NCBI GenBank assembly: GCA_030704615.1
Contig: CM060731.1
Span: 79,360,001 to 79,424,000 of the forward strand
DNA from: Takakia lepidozioides
Taxonomy: Eukaryota; Plantae; Bryophyta
Reading direction: 5' to 3'
DNA length: 64,000 nt
Position numbers and translations under genes: made by a program. The first letter of the stretch is position 1; each line of letters opens with the position of its first letter. Shown here piece after piece: positions 13,221 to 26,775 of the stretch. The notes beneath the pieces are model-generated. The model was not told where the DNA came from, searched no databases, and saw only the letters and a list, made by a program, of their open reading frames with translations.

Positions 13221-15610
13221 GAATTTGATTTTCTTGACAATGATATTTTCCTGACAATTAAAAACAAATTGTGACTTTCAAGTTTCTTTTGCAATGGGAT
13301 CCTTTTAAAAATTAAATTGAGGAAAAAATAAATATCGAAAATAATAATATCGCATGGCCATAGAGGAATACCGATAGGGCGCAAGCAAAACAAACATAGG
13401 ATCCTAGGCATCAGTTAAAACGCCTAAGAACTGCCGTTTGCTCCTCATATATGTATGTATATATATATATACAACCCACTTAAATACAGAGTGATAACAA
13501 TGCTACATAAGAAAGATGAGGTTTCAATTTACGTGCCACCATGTAAGTTACAAAGGTTTAAAAACAAGTAAAAGGGAGCGAAGGCCCTGAGGATTGTATT
13601 GCAGGGAGTGGAAAAAAAAACCACTCGGAAGGCCGTGAAGGCTTACATTGGGGAGACTACCCCTAGACACAAAGTATAGTCCCAAAATATATTACCGATT
13701 TATGGAGATTTCTTCTTACCAATAGAAGTTACTTTATTTACTTTCAAATTTTTTATTTCGTAGTTAGAATATTTATAATTAAATGGTAGGAAACACCTAG
13801 GATTAGCTCCTTATAGGGTTGCACATTTAAGAACTTGTTTTGGAATATTGTCCTAGTCCAGTAGTATTTTTTTGACGAAATTTGGACCACAACACATTTA
13901 TTGAGATAGGTCACAAATTTGCAAAGTGAAGTATATTTGGAGATCAATGAGCTGCAATAAACCACCTATGTAGAGTGTTCACACTAGACATAGGATGGGA
14001 GTTTAATCCACATATGAGAGGAGATAAAATTTCATTTACCCTACTATTGCTTCCCATAGGGTGGAGAGCAAACACAGAGTGAGAGAGCAGTGAGTAGGGG
14101 AACTGTAGGGGAACGAGTGTATGTAGGTGTGCAAGGTTAGGGGAAATGCAATGATAGGTCCCACCACCCTACTGAGAGAAAAAATTAACCTCTTGCAAAG
14201 AAGAGACGCCAAGCATAATGCACATTGAGATGGACGTGCGAATGTTGTCGTTATCCGTCATTTTTAAGCCTTCGTAGGAAGTCCACAACAAGCAGTCTCT
14301 CTAAGAGCAATTACAATAGCAGCATAAATGTTGGCAACCATGTCTTCAACTTGTTTTTGCACACAAAGTGAATTCACTACTAATATTCCCCACCAATTCC
14401 TATATTATCAACATTCTCACCAATTTTCTACAAGCTCATCAGTAGCACTGTCTACATCTGGAACAGCAGGGTAGGTAATAAGGACTATCGTCTGTCACAA
14501 TGAAGGACTTCTAGAAATGAAAGGCCATTGGCCAATCATGCATGCACCCTTGAAATGAAAAGGTCTATATTTGGCTCATGAAGCTACATATTGCCAGTCA
14601 AGTTGCGGTTGCATGCATGGCAGGAGCCTACGGTAAATGCTCATGGTAATCCTAGAGTGAAAGAGGATTTCAGATAGCACGCAAAATTCTACCACTGATG
14701 CTTGCTGTAGGGCCTCCTTCCTTGATCAAGAGGCACATCATCGCTCGTCTGGAAGTCCATTCAGAACAAGTTCCCTTCACACTCATCAGGATTTCTACAA
14801 GCCAGACCGTGAGAGGCCTGTGGAGGGCAAAGTTAGAAGGTGTTCGGCCAGAAAAAGTTTCCTTCGCACTGATCAGGATTTCTACAAGCTGCTCTGGAAG
14901 CCCATGCAGACCATGAGGCTGGCGATGGCAAGGTTAGGTTTCCTCCACAAATATAGGGAGACCGATCAGGAAAGATTGCCCCTTCACGTATTCCGGAGCT
15001 ACTATCTTTGTTGCGGGCGACAAATTGATCCAGGCGTGAAAGAGAGAACGTGACGCGAGCGCGTGCCTGCCACCCGCAGCATCCCGAAAAGCTCACATCA
15101 ACACGCTCGTCAAGACGGAAATATGAACTGACCTATTGCGAGACATCGCGGCAGCCTTCGAGCTTAGCAGGAGTAGGTGAGTTTTTGTTTCGAGAATTGA
15201 GAATGCGAGAACTTAGAAGCGATGGTGTTGGTGGAGTGCAGAGGGCGGGCTAGTCGTACATGACAGTTGGGCCTGGATTTGCTCGCCGTTGTGGCAGGCG
15301 TGCGCAACAAATGGACAAATCGACGAGGCACGCGCCACAAGTTTCGTGGGGGTGTCGGCGGAAAGTAATGGGGGCGTGCCTGCAGTTGGCCCGGGCTCCC
15401 TTTCCGCATGCATGCGGAAACGGAAAAGGCTCAATGTGTATGTGGATGTACATTGCCCCGTAACTTTGTAAGGTCCCTCCCCATAATGTTAAAACAAAAA
15501 AGGGAGGGTGGGGCAGAAATTGAAGTAAGAATGCAAGGGAAAAGTAACCTTTCAATGAGCTTGGCGTCAATGGCGGACTCCCACAGTCTGCACTTGAGAA
15601 AAAGAAACCG

Positions 15611-15903
15611 ATGACAAAGGGAACAATAACTGTTATAGCTGCCTTTAATCGAAGGAAGATTTTACTCCACTTCAAAGTACAAAGAAATTGAATATAAATA
15701 AAAAGAATACGATGACAAAGGGAACAATAACTGTTATAGCTGCCTTTAATCGAAGGAAGATTTTACTCCACTTCAAAGTACAAAGAAATTGAATATAAAT
15801 AAAAAGAAAACGATGACAAAGGGAACAACAACTTTTATAAATGCCTTTCATCTAAGGAAGATTTTACTCCACTTCAAAGTACAAAGAAATTGAATATAAA
15901 TAA
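15611..15903. repeat. Tandem repeat, 101-bp unit x ~3
   Basis: atgacaaagggaacaa...ttttactccacttcaaagtacaaagaaattgaatataaata starts at 15611, 15712 and 15813. Confidence 0.95.
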
Positions 15904-17249
15904 TATAGAACAAAGCCTACCGTCTGGGCCCTCTTTATCCCTTAACTTTCCCAAGCACTTATTTACACAAAACTGCAAAACAAAATGGAACCTCCAGTGT
16001 GAATTACTTTCGGCAAATTCAGATCCATGCAAAGTGACCGTATAGAGGGTAGACTAGTTTAGCTTGGTAACCTACCACCTCAGAAATTTCCACCGTATAA
16101 TTTGAGAGATCATAATAGTGGAGGACAAAAACAATTTTCTTTAATTTTTGGGCAAGAAAGTCTGGTTTTCTTATCGAATTTCTTAAATTACAAAGTTGTT
16201 ACCAAACATTTTGCAGCAGGTAACCCACCTTCCCAAAAAGTTTCATAAATTTTGGGAATGTTTTGCTTGTGGCTGCTTTGTAGTGCCATTTGGAAGGAGA
16301 GTCTAAGAATTGGATTTCACAAGGGTGTCCAGCTTCCCACCAGAAGGCAGTAGCCCTTCGGTGTCAAATGACATCATAATTTACGCTTGCTTTGGCAACG
16401 CGTCCACATTTATTTTTATATTATTTATTAAATGGGCAGCCAAAAACTCCTGCAGTTTAGTATACGAATCCATTGAAGTTAATTTGGAAATTTGCAAGGG
16501 TCAGTGAGTGGGTCACTGAAATATGATGTCAATAAGTTTGGGACTTTGTTTGTATAAGATCTTCCCTACGAGTCCGGGGTTGTTCATTCAACCACAACCA
16601 ACAACAGAGGGTTAGAGAGGGTCAGAATAAACCACGGTGAGATTTGAGTGGTCCAAAGTTAGCCAGTGACCATAATGTTGGAGATTCAAGGGTTCAGTAA
16701 TTGTATACGCATCAACCACATCCACCTCTTAGTTCAGTACAAATTCAAGGTGAAATGCACCTAATTTACATGAATTGTGATGTCGAGGACAACCCTCTCC
16801 TGGTAGTAAAGGATTATTTATGAATTTGATTAGGGCTTTTCTTTCTCTTGGAAGAATATTCTCACTATGAAAGAAGAATAAAAAAAGAAAAAAAGAAAAA
16901 AGATAGCTCATAATTATATAAGTGTTAAGATAGAATTAATCTTTTCAATTGTTATCTGAAAATTACAGCTAATGCATAACAATTATTGAAGATAGATTTA
17001 ATATATATATATATATATATATGTAAAATATGATGCCTCCCAAAAGAAGCGGAAGTTATATATATATATATATATATCACCTTAGGAAATGCACAACTTG
17101 TGGTGGCCTTTCCCTTTTCAAGATGGTTATAATATTGTCTTACTTGTCATTCTGAGATTATCCATGGATATGAATTCATGAATAATATACAATCCATTCA
17201 CTATTCATCTTTGACATCATCAATCACGACGTTTGAAAAGAATTAAAAA

Positions 17250-18300
17250 CGTTAGTCCAACATTCTAGGGGCTTCGTACAAGTTTGTTATACAATCGGTA
17301 AAATTGTACATGTGGTGACTGTCCTAAGTGGCGTACAGGGCAATCAAATGGCCGATCTAAAAGAAATTCTTGCGGACTTTCAATAGGTAGGACATTTGTA
17401 ACACCTAAGATTGGTAGTCATATATTTGTCCCCTCATAGACGTGTCCAAGCATAATATATATAACCCATAGAACAATTCGTGCTGATAAATCCCATGTCA
17501 TCATTCCAAACCTGATCATTGGATCATACCAACAGAGTAGACTTTATATAAATTGTCAAGTTTTCAAGACTCTTTTCAACATAGCTGCTCTCACAGAATA
17601 AATAGTGTAGATGCTCATAAAAAAACTTCATTATTTCATCAATTGTTCATTCTAATTCTCAGAATGCTTGTGAGGAAAAAAAAAAAAAAAATGTGAACTC
17701 TTGCCAAAAGCAAGCATGACTTATGGTGTCACTTGTCCCCAAGAGCTATTGCCTTCCAATGGGAAGGTGAACATCTTTATGACATCCATATACTTATGAT
17801 TTTATGAACCCACAAACACTAGTGCAATGGTACTGCCCTTACCATGCATTGGTTATCCATTGGATGTTGAAAACTTGTGACAAAGAATCAAAGAAACGTC
17901 AATTCTTCTTCGTAAACATACTCTAGTTCCATAACAACATAACTATTGCTCAACATTGTCATCTTGAAGAAAGAAACATGTTGATCTAGCTTACCTAGTA
18001 GATTAAATAGAGGTGTAGTGAGCAACATTGAATAGCGACAATTTTTTTTAGAGCCCCAAATGCCAAACACTTAAATGGAAAGAAAATGTCATTTCTCTTT
18101 CGTGCATATTTTCATCTAATTTGGAAACCATAACTTTCTTTTGTCTCCATAGATGTGCAAATAACACATCTCATTTAGTGTATTTTACCATCTAGCCCCA
18201 TCAAAGATCCTTCCCATGGATATTTACTTGCCCACACATCTTGAAAAAGTACGCTATTTAGGTACATTCCAACAAACTTACTGCATGTCAGAATCCTCAA
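17250..18300 (-). mobile_element. Highly decayed hAT-like (ZNF862/C17orf113-type) transposase remnant
   Basis: FQDVWASKYPWEGSLMGLDGKIH resembles the N-terminal zinc-finger region of this family; downstream frames are only fragmentary. Confidence 0.45.
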
Positions 18301-18616
18301 CTTTTGTGTGGTAGGTTGCACATACTTGCATTGAATTACATTGGAATGAGCCATTATATTATCAGAAAGAGGTTGCAAACAATGCTACATACTTATATAC
18401 AATGGAATGGTGCAACGCTTTACGATAAGAACATGTTGTCGTTTGATTGTGGCAGGCTCGCCATCTTGCAGCTTGTACATAGGATGAGGGCTTTGCTCTT
18501 TCGTCTCCTTTGTATTGTGGTGGACTCTGCGTCCTACACGTAGATCGTAAAGTACTAAAACTCAAAAATGAAATTACAACCATGAGTATATTAAATGTGT
18601 AACTCAACAAATATTG

Positions 18617-19300
18617 TGTCGCGCACCTCACTTCGGTAAACTCCCCTTCATGTCATAGTTACTCGCTTTGATGCGCGCGCCTAACTCCCAAACCGGCCGC
18701 CGGGCCAACTCGGAGCTTCGACTGCTTACCGGGGCATAACGGTCCCCTCACACTCCCACTCAACCCTCGACCTCTCGAGCTCAGTGGAAATTCCCTTTGG
18801 TAGATGGCAGTCGAGAATAGCTCCCCACATCTTGGTTGTTTTCCGGCTCGCATGCTTACTCACTAGTTTTTTGTTACCAACGGGCTTGCACCGTTCTCGG
18901 GGTTACTACTCCCTATATATACTTCTGTAGGTGTCCGCGGGGGGTTTCACAAGTAGCACGGTCCAAATCTGGTGCACCACCACTTGGACCCTTGATCGTC
19001 CCAGTGGTGAGCCGTGGGAGTCTTCACCACGGCCCCAATGGACCGTGGTGTCCCAAGACTCCGACTGCCACCACAAGGCCTCATCCCCCTATGCCACCCC
19101 CACTACGACTCCCTACGCTACCGCCACCCCTCGTGGAGCCCCCACCACCGCCACCCGGTTTGCGGGGCTCCACCTAGTGAGCGTCATCGCCTTCTTGAGT
19201 GCCTTCGGCACTCAAGGGTGCTTCAGCCCCTTTTCCTATTTGCTGCCATTGCCCCCACCACAGGGGCAGCCCCTCTTGTGTCCCGACCCCCCGCCCTCAA
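18617..19300 (-). mobile_element. 3' LTR (with PPT) of the Ty3/gypsy family at 58017-61320
   Basis: Begins tgtcgcgcacctcac and ends ctcttgtgtcccgac(c), homologous to 60622-61320; purine tract ttgagggcgggggg precedes it on the minus strand. Confidence 0.88.
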
Positions 19301-19529
19301 GGCAAAGGACATACTGTCACAAATTGGAGTCATTTGAGTGAATAGTTGTTACTTTTATTTGCGAGTACAAGACTATTAAAAAAGTCAAGCACTCCAAAAA
19401 TACCTTTGATATTTTGGGAGAAATCATGGATGAATATAACCAATTAACAGACAACTAGTTGGGCGGGAAGACAGGTTGAGTAGTGAGTATCTACAGTTAA
19501 TCAGACAATGAATCCTAAAGCAAAAACTA

Positions 19530-20975
19530 AAATATACAAGAATATGCAAAATATGCCTCTGTGCTCACGCTGCCCACGGGCTTTATTCTAACTCTGCCTT
19601 AGACAGAGCAGCTCTTTGGTTCAAACTCAATGACAAGATGGCAGCAGAACCAGCAATCCACAAATGGGTTTTGGGCTGGGACTTCAATATGGTGGAAAAC
19701 TTAGAAGACAGAAAAGGACAGTGTGCACGAGTCCAAAATCTCCCACCACCTTTCAGCTGATGAGAACTTGGCATGGCAAAGCCTCACTCATAGCCTCACT
19801 GAAATAGATAGGCTCCCGCACCGTGCCTCCTCCACAAGCCCATTCTTCACTTGGACAAACAATAGAGCAGTTCACAACCTTTGCATGGCCAGGCTGATCG
19901 TTTTTATATATCGCTTTCTCTGGCCCCCTTTACGCTTCAAAACCACCAAGAACCAATCCGCCCTCGTTCCCAGTGGCGCAAACGTGTGACGGCAGGCCCT
20001 TGCCCTTTGCATCCAACCTCTACTCCCTGCTATGATCAGAACAGGGCAGGCAGGATTCATTAAAGGGAGGTACATCCTAGACAATGTTTTACTGGCCCAA
20101 GAAGCCGATTTTTATGCCACGAATTCGAACCAAGCCCTGGCACTGTGGCTTCTTGACTTTGAGAAAACCTTTGACAGGGTAGACTGGACGTTCCTGATAG
20201 CGGTTCTTTGTAAAGCAGGGTTGCCTGAGGGCTTCTGTCAATGGGTGACAATCCTCCTAAGGGGGGCCAGCAGCCGAGTTCTCCTCAATGGCTACCTCTC
20301 TAAACCTTTCCAACTGCAAAGATCAGTCAGGCAGGGATGTCCCCTGGCCCCCTTCCTCTTTCTCTTTGTAGCCGATGCCTTGGGTTACATGCTAGAAGCC
20401 AATAGCACGGTCAAGGGCCTGAAGCTCCAGAACCCTAAAATGCAACTCTGGAGACAGGTCAAAGACTCTATGTTCGTAGACGATACCTTTCTGCTATTGG
20501 AAGCTACCCCATCTACCCTAGTTGCAGCTGAAACCACATTTCTTCAATTTTGTGGGGTTTCAGGGTTCAAAATCAATTGGTCCAAGATTAAAAGCACTAC
20601 TGGTAGGGGATACATCTAGATCTGCTATTGGCATCGTGCCAACGTGGGGGTGCCACCTTGGGCTGGTCTGGTTGCGAGAAGGTGAAACAACCACCTTGCT
20701 GGGTCATATCTTTGGTATTAACCTTACCAAAGACCAGCGTTTTGGCCCATTAATCCAAAGGCTCAAAAAACAGATGACAGGTCTATTGGGGCTCTCGATT
20801 CCTCTCCATCACTGGAAGGGCGCTTACAGCCAACCAGATCCTTGAAGCAGGTATCTGGTTCTTTGTTGCAGCCTGGGGGCCTAACTCCAAGACTCTCAAT
20901 GAAGTAAAAAGAATTGTTAGGAACTTCATCTGGGGAGCAAACCATCTAAGCAAAACATGAGACCCCAAGTCTCGT
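19530..20975 (+). mobile_element. L1/Tx1-type LINE reverse transcriptase fragment
   Basis: GQAGFIKGRYILDN, LLDFEKTFDRVDW, RSVRQGCPLAPFLF, MFVDDT and INWSK motifs; frameshifted downstream. Confidence 0.9.
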
Positions 20976-21044
20976 GAGCCTGCTCACACGCTATCCAACC
21001 TCTTGTTTTTCGCATAACACATACTTCCAATAGAAAATAATATT

Positions 21045-22490
21045 GTTATCAGAAGTCGTGACTAGTAGTGTGGAGCAACGTACAGCCCTAGTTCATCGCA
21101 GAGTAGCACCTTCACCTACCACACGAGACGAACGGCAAGGAACGACATAGAAAAGTATGGCCGACGTGGTGCGTTCGTAGAGCCTCTCCGCGGAAGTCGG
21201 ATTTCTAGGGACTACCGCCTGGAAATCCGAAATGTTAGGGAATGTCTTTGTCGTGTTTCGCTCCCCTTCCCGCCACGGAGCTCGTCTCTCTCGTTTACCC
21301 TTTAACAGGTCGTCGCTTCTTCTCTCCCTTCTTGTCTCCTTCTGCACACTAGATTCCTGGTCGTGTGGTAGCCGTAAAATGGTTCTTGCTGACATGTACC
21401 TACGTTCTATTACCATTGCCCGTTATATCCCTAGTCGGGGACTTCCACATCATTGTCTCTTGCTGCCGCTCGTGTGGTAAGGCTTCAAAAGCGGGCATCC
21501 TCTAAGTATGTGCAATAATCTATGAATTATCTCTTTTTCTTTTTCTTTTTTCTTTTTTTTGGAACAGGGGACAGAGGCCCTGGAAATATATTATCTCTGA
21601 AGTATCATCTAAATCCCACAATACAGGAAATTTGAAATTGTGCAACAGATGGCCCAATGGTTAGAGAAAAAGATCGTCATACAAATAACTATAGTTTTTT
21701 TTTTTTTTTAACAAGAACATTTTCGATGAGAGAATTGTACATCTTGTAGTGGCTGATCCCCAAGGAATAAAAGAAGTTGTTTTTTTGTAAAAGATAAAAT
21801 TCCTAGCCGCCAAGAACTTTCCAAGAATTCTACATGTAGTAAAAGCTTGCTCAAATTGCCTCTGCCCCGATTACCAAAAATTCTGCTGGGGAAGTCACCA
21901 TATTACAAAGAGAATTTTCGAGCAGTGCTTATCGTATGGTAGCAAGTGGAAGGTCTCTGCCTACGTCAAAAACCCTAGATGATATATCGTCGAACGGACA
22001 AGAATGCATTGCACCTTCTCCTCGGAATGGGTGGAACAAATGGTTACATGCTTCCGGTTCCAATCCAGTGCTGGGCCCTTCAAGCTCATAAAGTCGCTCT
22101 AAAATACACCGACAATAAGCAACGGGATGAGTGCCCTTTGGGTAAGTATGATATACCTATATTATTATTATTTTATTTATTATTTTTAAAAAGGGAAACA
22201 CCTGGGAGCGATAGCTCACAAATCAGGCCCCTTTAGAGAGGAGAAAATAACCTCTCAGTAACCTCGACGTAAGGCTTTCCGATGCGACACTGCACAGGGA
22301 AGGGAGAGAAGAGCGTACCACACCCGTCAAGTAGCAGGATTTGACCCCAGGGTCATCCGGATGGCATTCAACGCACCTTACCAACTGAGCTACTGACTGT
22401 TGGTCTATATTATATACCCAACATTTTTCTTATAAATAACTAGGGCTTCGCGTTGCTCCGCACTACTAGCGACGAATTCTGAGAACTATG
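21045..22490. mobile_element. Non-coding TIR element (~1.45 kb, MITE/MULE-like) containing a SINE
   Basis: gttatcagaagtcgtgactagtagtgtggagcaacgtacagccctagtt (~21045-21093) pairs with aactagggcttcgcgttgctccgcactactagcgacgaattctgagaac (~22438-22486). Confidence 0.65.
22166..22404 (-). mobile_element. tRNA-derived SINE with target-site duplication
   Basis: Minus strand: A box TAGCTCAGTTGG, B-box-like GGTCAAATCC, A-rich tail; ctatattat at both 22157-22165 and 22405-22413. Confidence 0.85.
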
Positions 22491-23076
22491 TTCAATTTTT
22501 CACAAAAAAGGGGTGGGTCATCCCTACGGTGTTACATGTAGAGATCCCGTGTTTTGTTTTATTCTGGAAAAAAAATGGCGGATCTGCATTTCAACATTCA
22601 ATTTTCATGAGCCGCATCAATCAATAACAACATACCCAAATACCCTTACATTCACTGTATAAACTTTCAAGCATCCACCATGGGATTGGATCTTGGTGGG
22701 TTAAGGCTAGTTTTTGACAATATTCATGCAAGTTCAACAAGGGCTCCATCCAAAGCCACACCACGAGAAACAAACAAACATGTCCAAATTTAAGATGCTG
22801 AACAAACTTGTGCACAGGGCTGCCCCTCTCATCAAGCTCATTAAAATTCGTATTCACTTCCATCTTCAAGCTTTGGAGAAGCTCCACCACCCAAACCCAT
22901 AATTAGGACAGCACCAGAATCAGTAAAAAATCACCCCTTCAGTCAAGTGCAATTGTGGGCTGACTTCCCACCTATACCGGGTAGACCCCACTATCAGGAA
23001 ATGGTGGATGGTCTGAGTAGCTACACAGATCAATGAATGAAGCAAGACACTAGCATCTTTCCAAGAAAACATCCTT

Positions 23077-23400
23077 TCACCAGTAATCACCACAAGAACA
23101 AATCCCATCTTCAAAGTGGTGGAAAGTAGTTAGCGTCCCATACAACAATTGCTCGGCCAACAATCTTTGAGATGAATTTGGTGGAGGTGTGGCAGTCTCC
23201 GCACACTCGAAGATTCTTTATGAGTCGTGTTGATCAGCCGAAAACCAATGGCCAACTTCTCACTATGATGGCAAACAGAAAATTCCTTTCCTCCACATCA
23301 TGCAGTAAAAAGCGTGTGTCAGGCACATACCCCGCCTCCATCTTCTCCCCATACAATCTTCTCAGCTCAGCATGGATTTCTTAAATTCTGGGATGCAACT
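23077..23400 (-). pseudogene. DYW cytidine-deaminase domain (canonical C-to-U type), disrupted
   Basis: [28 protein letters not shown] and [13 protein letters not shown] (stop at 23077-23079); internal stop and frameshifts; PG box region appears deleted. Confidence 0.9.
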
Positions 23401-26400
23401 TGTCATCTGGCTCCTTTCTAACCCCTCTGACCTTCATCATTCTTCTCACCTTTGCAGTATCATCCCACCTGCCAGCTGCAGCATAGATATTTGATATAGT
23501 ACCACATAAGTCGCGGCATCCTGTTCATCCCACTTGAGGATAGATGTTGCCACACATTCAGCCATCTCCACATTACCATGGATTCTGCAGGCACCAAGCA
23601 CGGCCTTCCACACCACAACATCTGGATTGATTGGCATTTTATTAATCAGGTCCACTGCCTCATCCAGTTGTCCCGCACGTCCAGAAGGTCCACCATGCAG
23701 CCAAAGTGCTTTACTGTCAGATTGAATTGATACCATGATCTTGAATCAGGAATCGAAGTAGCGTCTACTTTAATTCAGAATGCCAGTGTGGCTGCATGCA
23801 GAGAAAACACATACTGCTTCAAGCCGTTCTTTTGCATTCCTTCAAATAGTTGGAGGACCTCCCTATGACAACCATGTTGTGCATATCCTGCGATCATTGC
23901 ATTCCACGACACCACATCTCATTCAACCATATTGTCGAACACTCCCTTTGCATCCTCCATGCACCCACATTTGGCATACATGTCCACCAGGGCAGAGTTC
24001 AGGATCACATCTGATACAATTCCAGCTCTGACGATGTTGCCATGCACCTCTTCGCCCTTTTCCAGGGTTGCCAGGCTTGCACACGCACTGCAAACGCACA
24101 CAAACGTGATGTGGTCGGGCTTCACCCTGTCGCACATCATTTGCTCATAGGTCTCCAAAGCCTCCATCCCACATCCCTGCTGTGCATACCCTGCAAGCAC
24201 CACACTCGACGACACCACACCTCGTTTAGCCATAGTGTCGAACACTCCCTTTGCATCCTAGATGCACCCACATTTTGCAAACATGTCCACCAGGGTATTG
24301 TTTAGAATGACAGCTGGTACAATTCCAGCTCTGAAGATGTTGCCATGGACCTCTTTCCTCTTTTCCAGAGCTGCCAGGGCAGTGTTTAGAATGACATTTG
24401 GTACAATTCTAGCTTTGACGATATCCCCATGCACCTCTTTGCCCTTCTCTAGGGCTGCCAGGCTTGCATGACGCCACATCTTGTTCAGCCATAGTGTTGA
24501 ACACTCCCATTGCGTCCTAGATGCACCCACATTTTGCAAACATGTCCACCAGGGTATTGTTCATAATGAAATCTGGTACAATTCCAGCTCTGAAGATGTG
24601 GCCATGGACCTCTTTGCCCCTTTCCAGAGCTGCCAGGCTTGCACACGCATTGCAAACGCACCCAAACGTGATGTGGTCGGGCTTCACCCCTTCTCCCATC
24701 ATTTGTTCATAAGTCTCCAAAGCCTCCATACCACGTTTTTGTTGTGCATACCCTGCAAGCATCGCGTCCAATGGCACCACATCTCGTTCAGCCATAGTGT
24801 TGAAAACTGCCTTCGCATCCTTAATGCACCCACATTTGGCATACATGTCCACCAGAGCAGTTTGCAGAATGACATCTGGTACAATTCCAGCTTTGACGAT
24901 GTTACCATGGACCTCTTTCCCCTTTTCCAAAGCTCCCCGGCTTGCACACGCATTGTAAACACAAACAAATGTGATGTGGTTGGGCTTCACCTTTTCGCAC
25001 AGCATTTGCTCATAGGTCTCCAAAGCATTTCTACCACACCCGTGCTTGGTAAATCCTGCCAACATTATGTTCCACATAATCAAACATCATTGAAGCATTC
25101 TGTTGAACACTTAGTGAGCACCCATCTCTATATTGTCATGGATTCTGCAGGCACTAAACAAGGCCTTCCACACCACAACATCTGGATTGATTGGCATTTT
25201 ATTAATCAGGTCCACTGCCTCATCCAGTTGTCCCGCACGTCCAAGAAGGTCCATCATGCAGCCAAAGTGCTATACTGTCGGAGTGACACCATGATCTTCA
25301 CTTAGGGAATCGAAGTAGCGTCTACCTTCATTTAGAAGGCCAATGTGGCTGCATGTAGAGAAAACACATACTGCTTCAAGCCGTTCTTTTGCATTCGCAC
25401 ATGGCGACTATGTTCTTCTTCAATCTATGAAAATATCAAAATGTTGTTCAAATAGATGACTACAAAGTCATCTAAAAATTCTCAAAGATGTCATTCATCA
25501 TGTGTTGAAAAATTGTTGGAGCATTTGTAAGAAATAGTTGCAGGACCTCCCTATGACAACCATGCTGTGCATATCATGCGATCATTGCATTCCACGACAC
25601 CACATCTCATTTAGCCATATTGTCGAACACTCCCTTTGCATCCTCCATGCACCCACATTTGGCATACATGTCCACCAGGGCAGTGTTCAGGATGACATTT
25701 GGTACAAATCCAGCTTTGACGATGTCACCATGGACCTCTTCCCCCTTTTCCAGGGCTCCTAGGCTTGCACACGCATTGCAAACGCAAACAAATGTGTTGC
25801 GGTTGGGCTTCACCCCTTCCCCCATCATTTGCTCATAGGTCTCCGAAGCCTCCATCCCGCCCCTTGCTGTGCATATCCTGCAATCATCGCCCTCCACGAC
25901 ACCACATTTCTTTCAGCCATACTGTCGAAAACTCCCTTTGCATCCTCGATGCACTCACATTTGACATACATGTCCAGCAGGGCTGTGTTCAGTATGACAT
26001 CTGGTACAAATCAGCTTTGACGATGTCACCATGGACCTCATTGTACCTTTCCAAGGCTGTCAGGCTTGCACACGCATTGCAAATGCAAACAAACGTCAAC
26101 AAGCTTCTCGTCATCTATGTTATCTGTTTTTGGATACTTTCCTGCTGCCACATCGGCAGTAACTTGTCAAAGTCACTCCTAACCACCACAGATACACCCA
26201 ACAAGCTAACTTACAGAATTCAATATGCATCTCAGGGCCGAGTCTGATGAGAGGGCAAAACAGGCAGATTCAACCATATTGTTGAACACTCCCTCCACAT
26301 TTGGCATACATGTCCACAAGGGTATTGTTCATAATTACATTTGGTACATTTCCAGCTTTGACGATGCAACCATGGACCTCTTTGCCCTTTTCCAGGGCTG

Positions 26401-26489
26401 CCAGGCTTGCACACAAAAATTATGTGGTCAGAAAAGTATTCATTCCACAGCTTCTCCTCATCCCTGTTACCTGTTTTTGGCTGCTTTCT

Positions 26490-26775
26490 TGTTGTGAGGG
26501 AAAAACTGGGTGAAATGTGTTGAAGAAGGTGCCTTGATTAGCAATGCCTGATTTTATCAATTGTGCTGTTGCTTTTGCGGCTTCCAGTTGACCATCTACC
26601 CATGCAGGTTTCTTGTAGCTATCGATCCACATGGAATCATAGGTATTCTTGTGCTTGAAATCTGGCCTCTTGGATGAATCTGGACCCACACTCTATCCCT
26701 GCTCCGAGCTAACGAGCTAACTGACAAAATCATAGGTAATCTTGTGCTTGAAATCTGGCCCTCTTGGATGCTTCT
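26490..26775 (-). pseudogene. Tandem OSB-type PDF-motif exon remnants inside the PPR array
   Basis: ag|KHPRGPDFKHKITYD, and a second copy after another AG reading PDFKHKNTYDSMWIDSYKKPAWVDGQLEAA. Confidence 0.8.

Noticed and set aside
14690-15470. Possible gene in a GC-rich stretch with a short internal repeat (tcaggatttctacaagc)
   Set aside because: No recognisable domain or consistent exon structure.
15611-15903. CRISPR-like array (also 9412-9540 and 48680-49215)
   Set aside because: Head-to-tail repeats without unique spacers, no cas genes, eukaryotic context.
22330-22404. tRNA gene
   Set aside because: A/B boxes are present, but no convincing cloverleaf; the 3' body, A-tail and TSD indicate a SINE.
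23077-23400. U-to-C type DYW:KP domain
   Set aside because: Retains canonical HSE, CGDCH and terminal DYW motifs.
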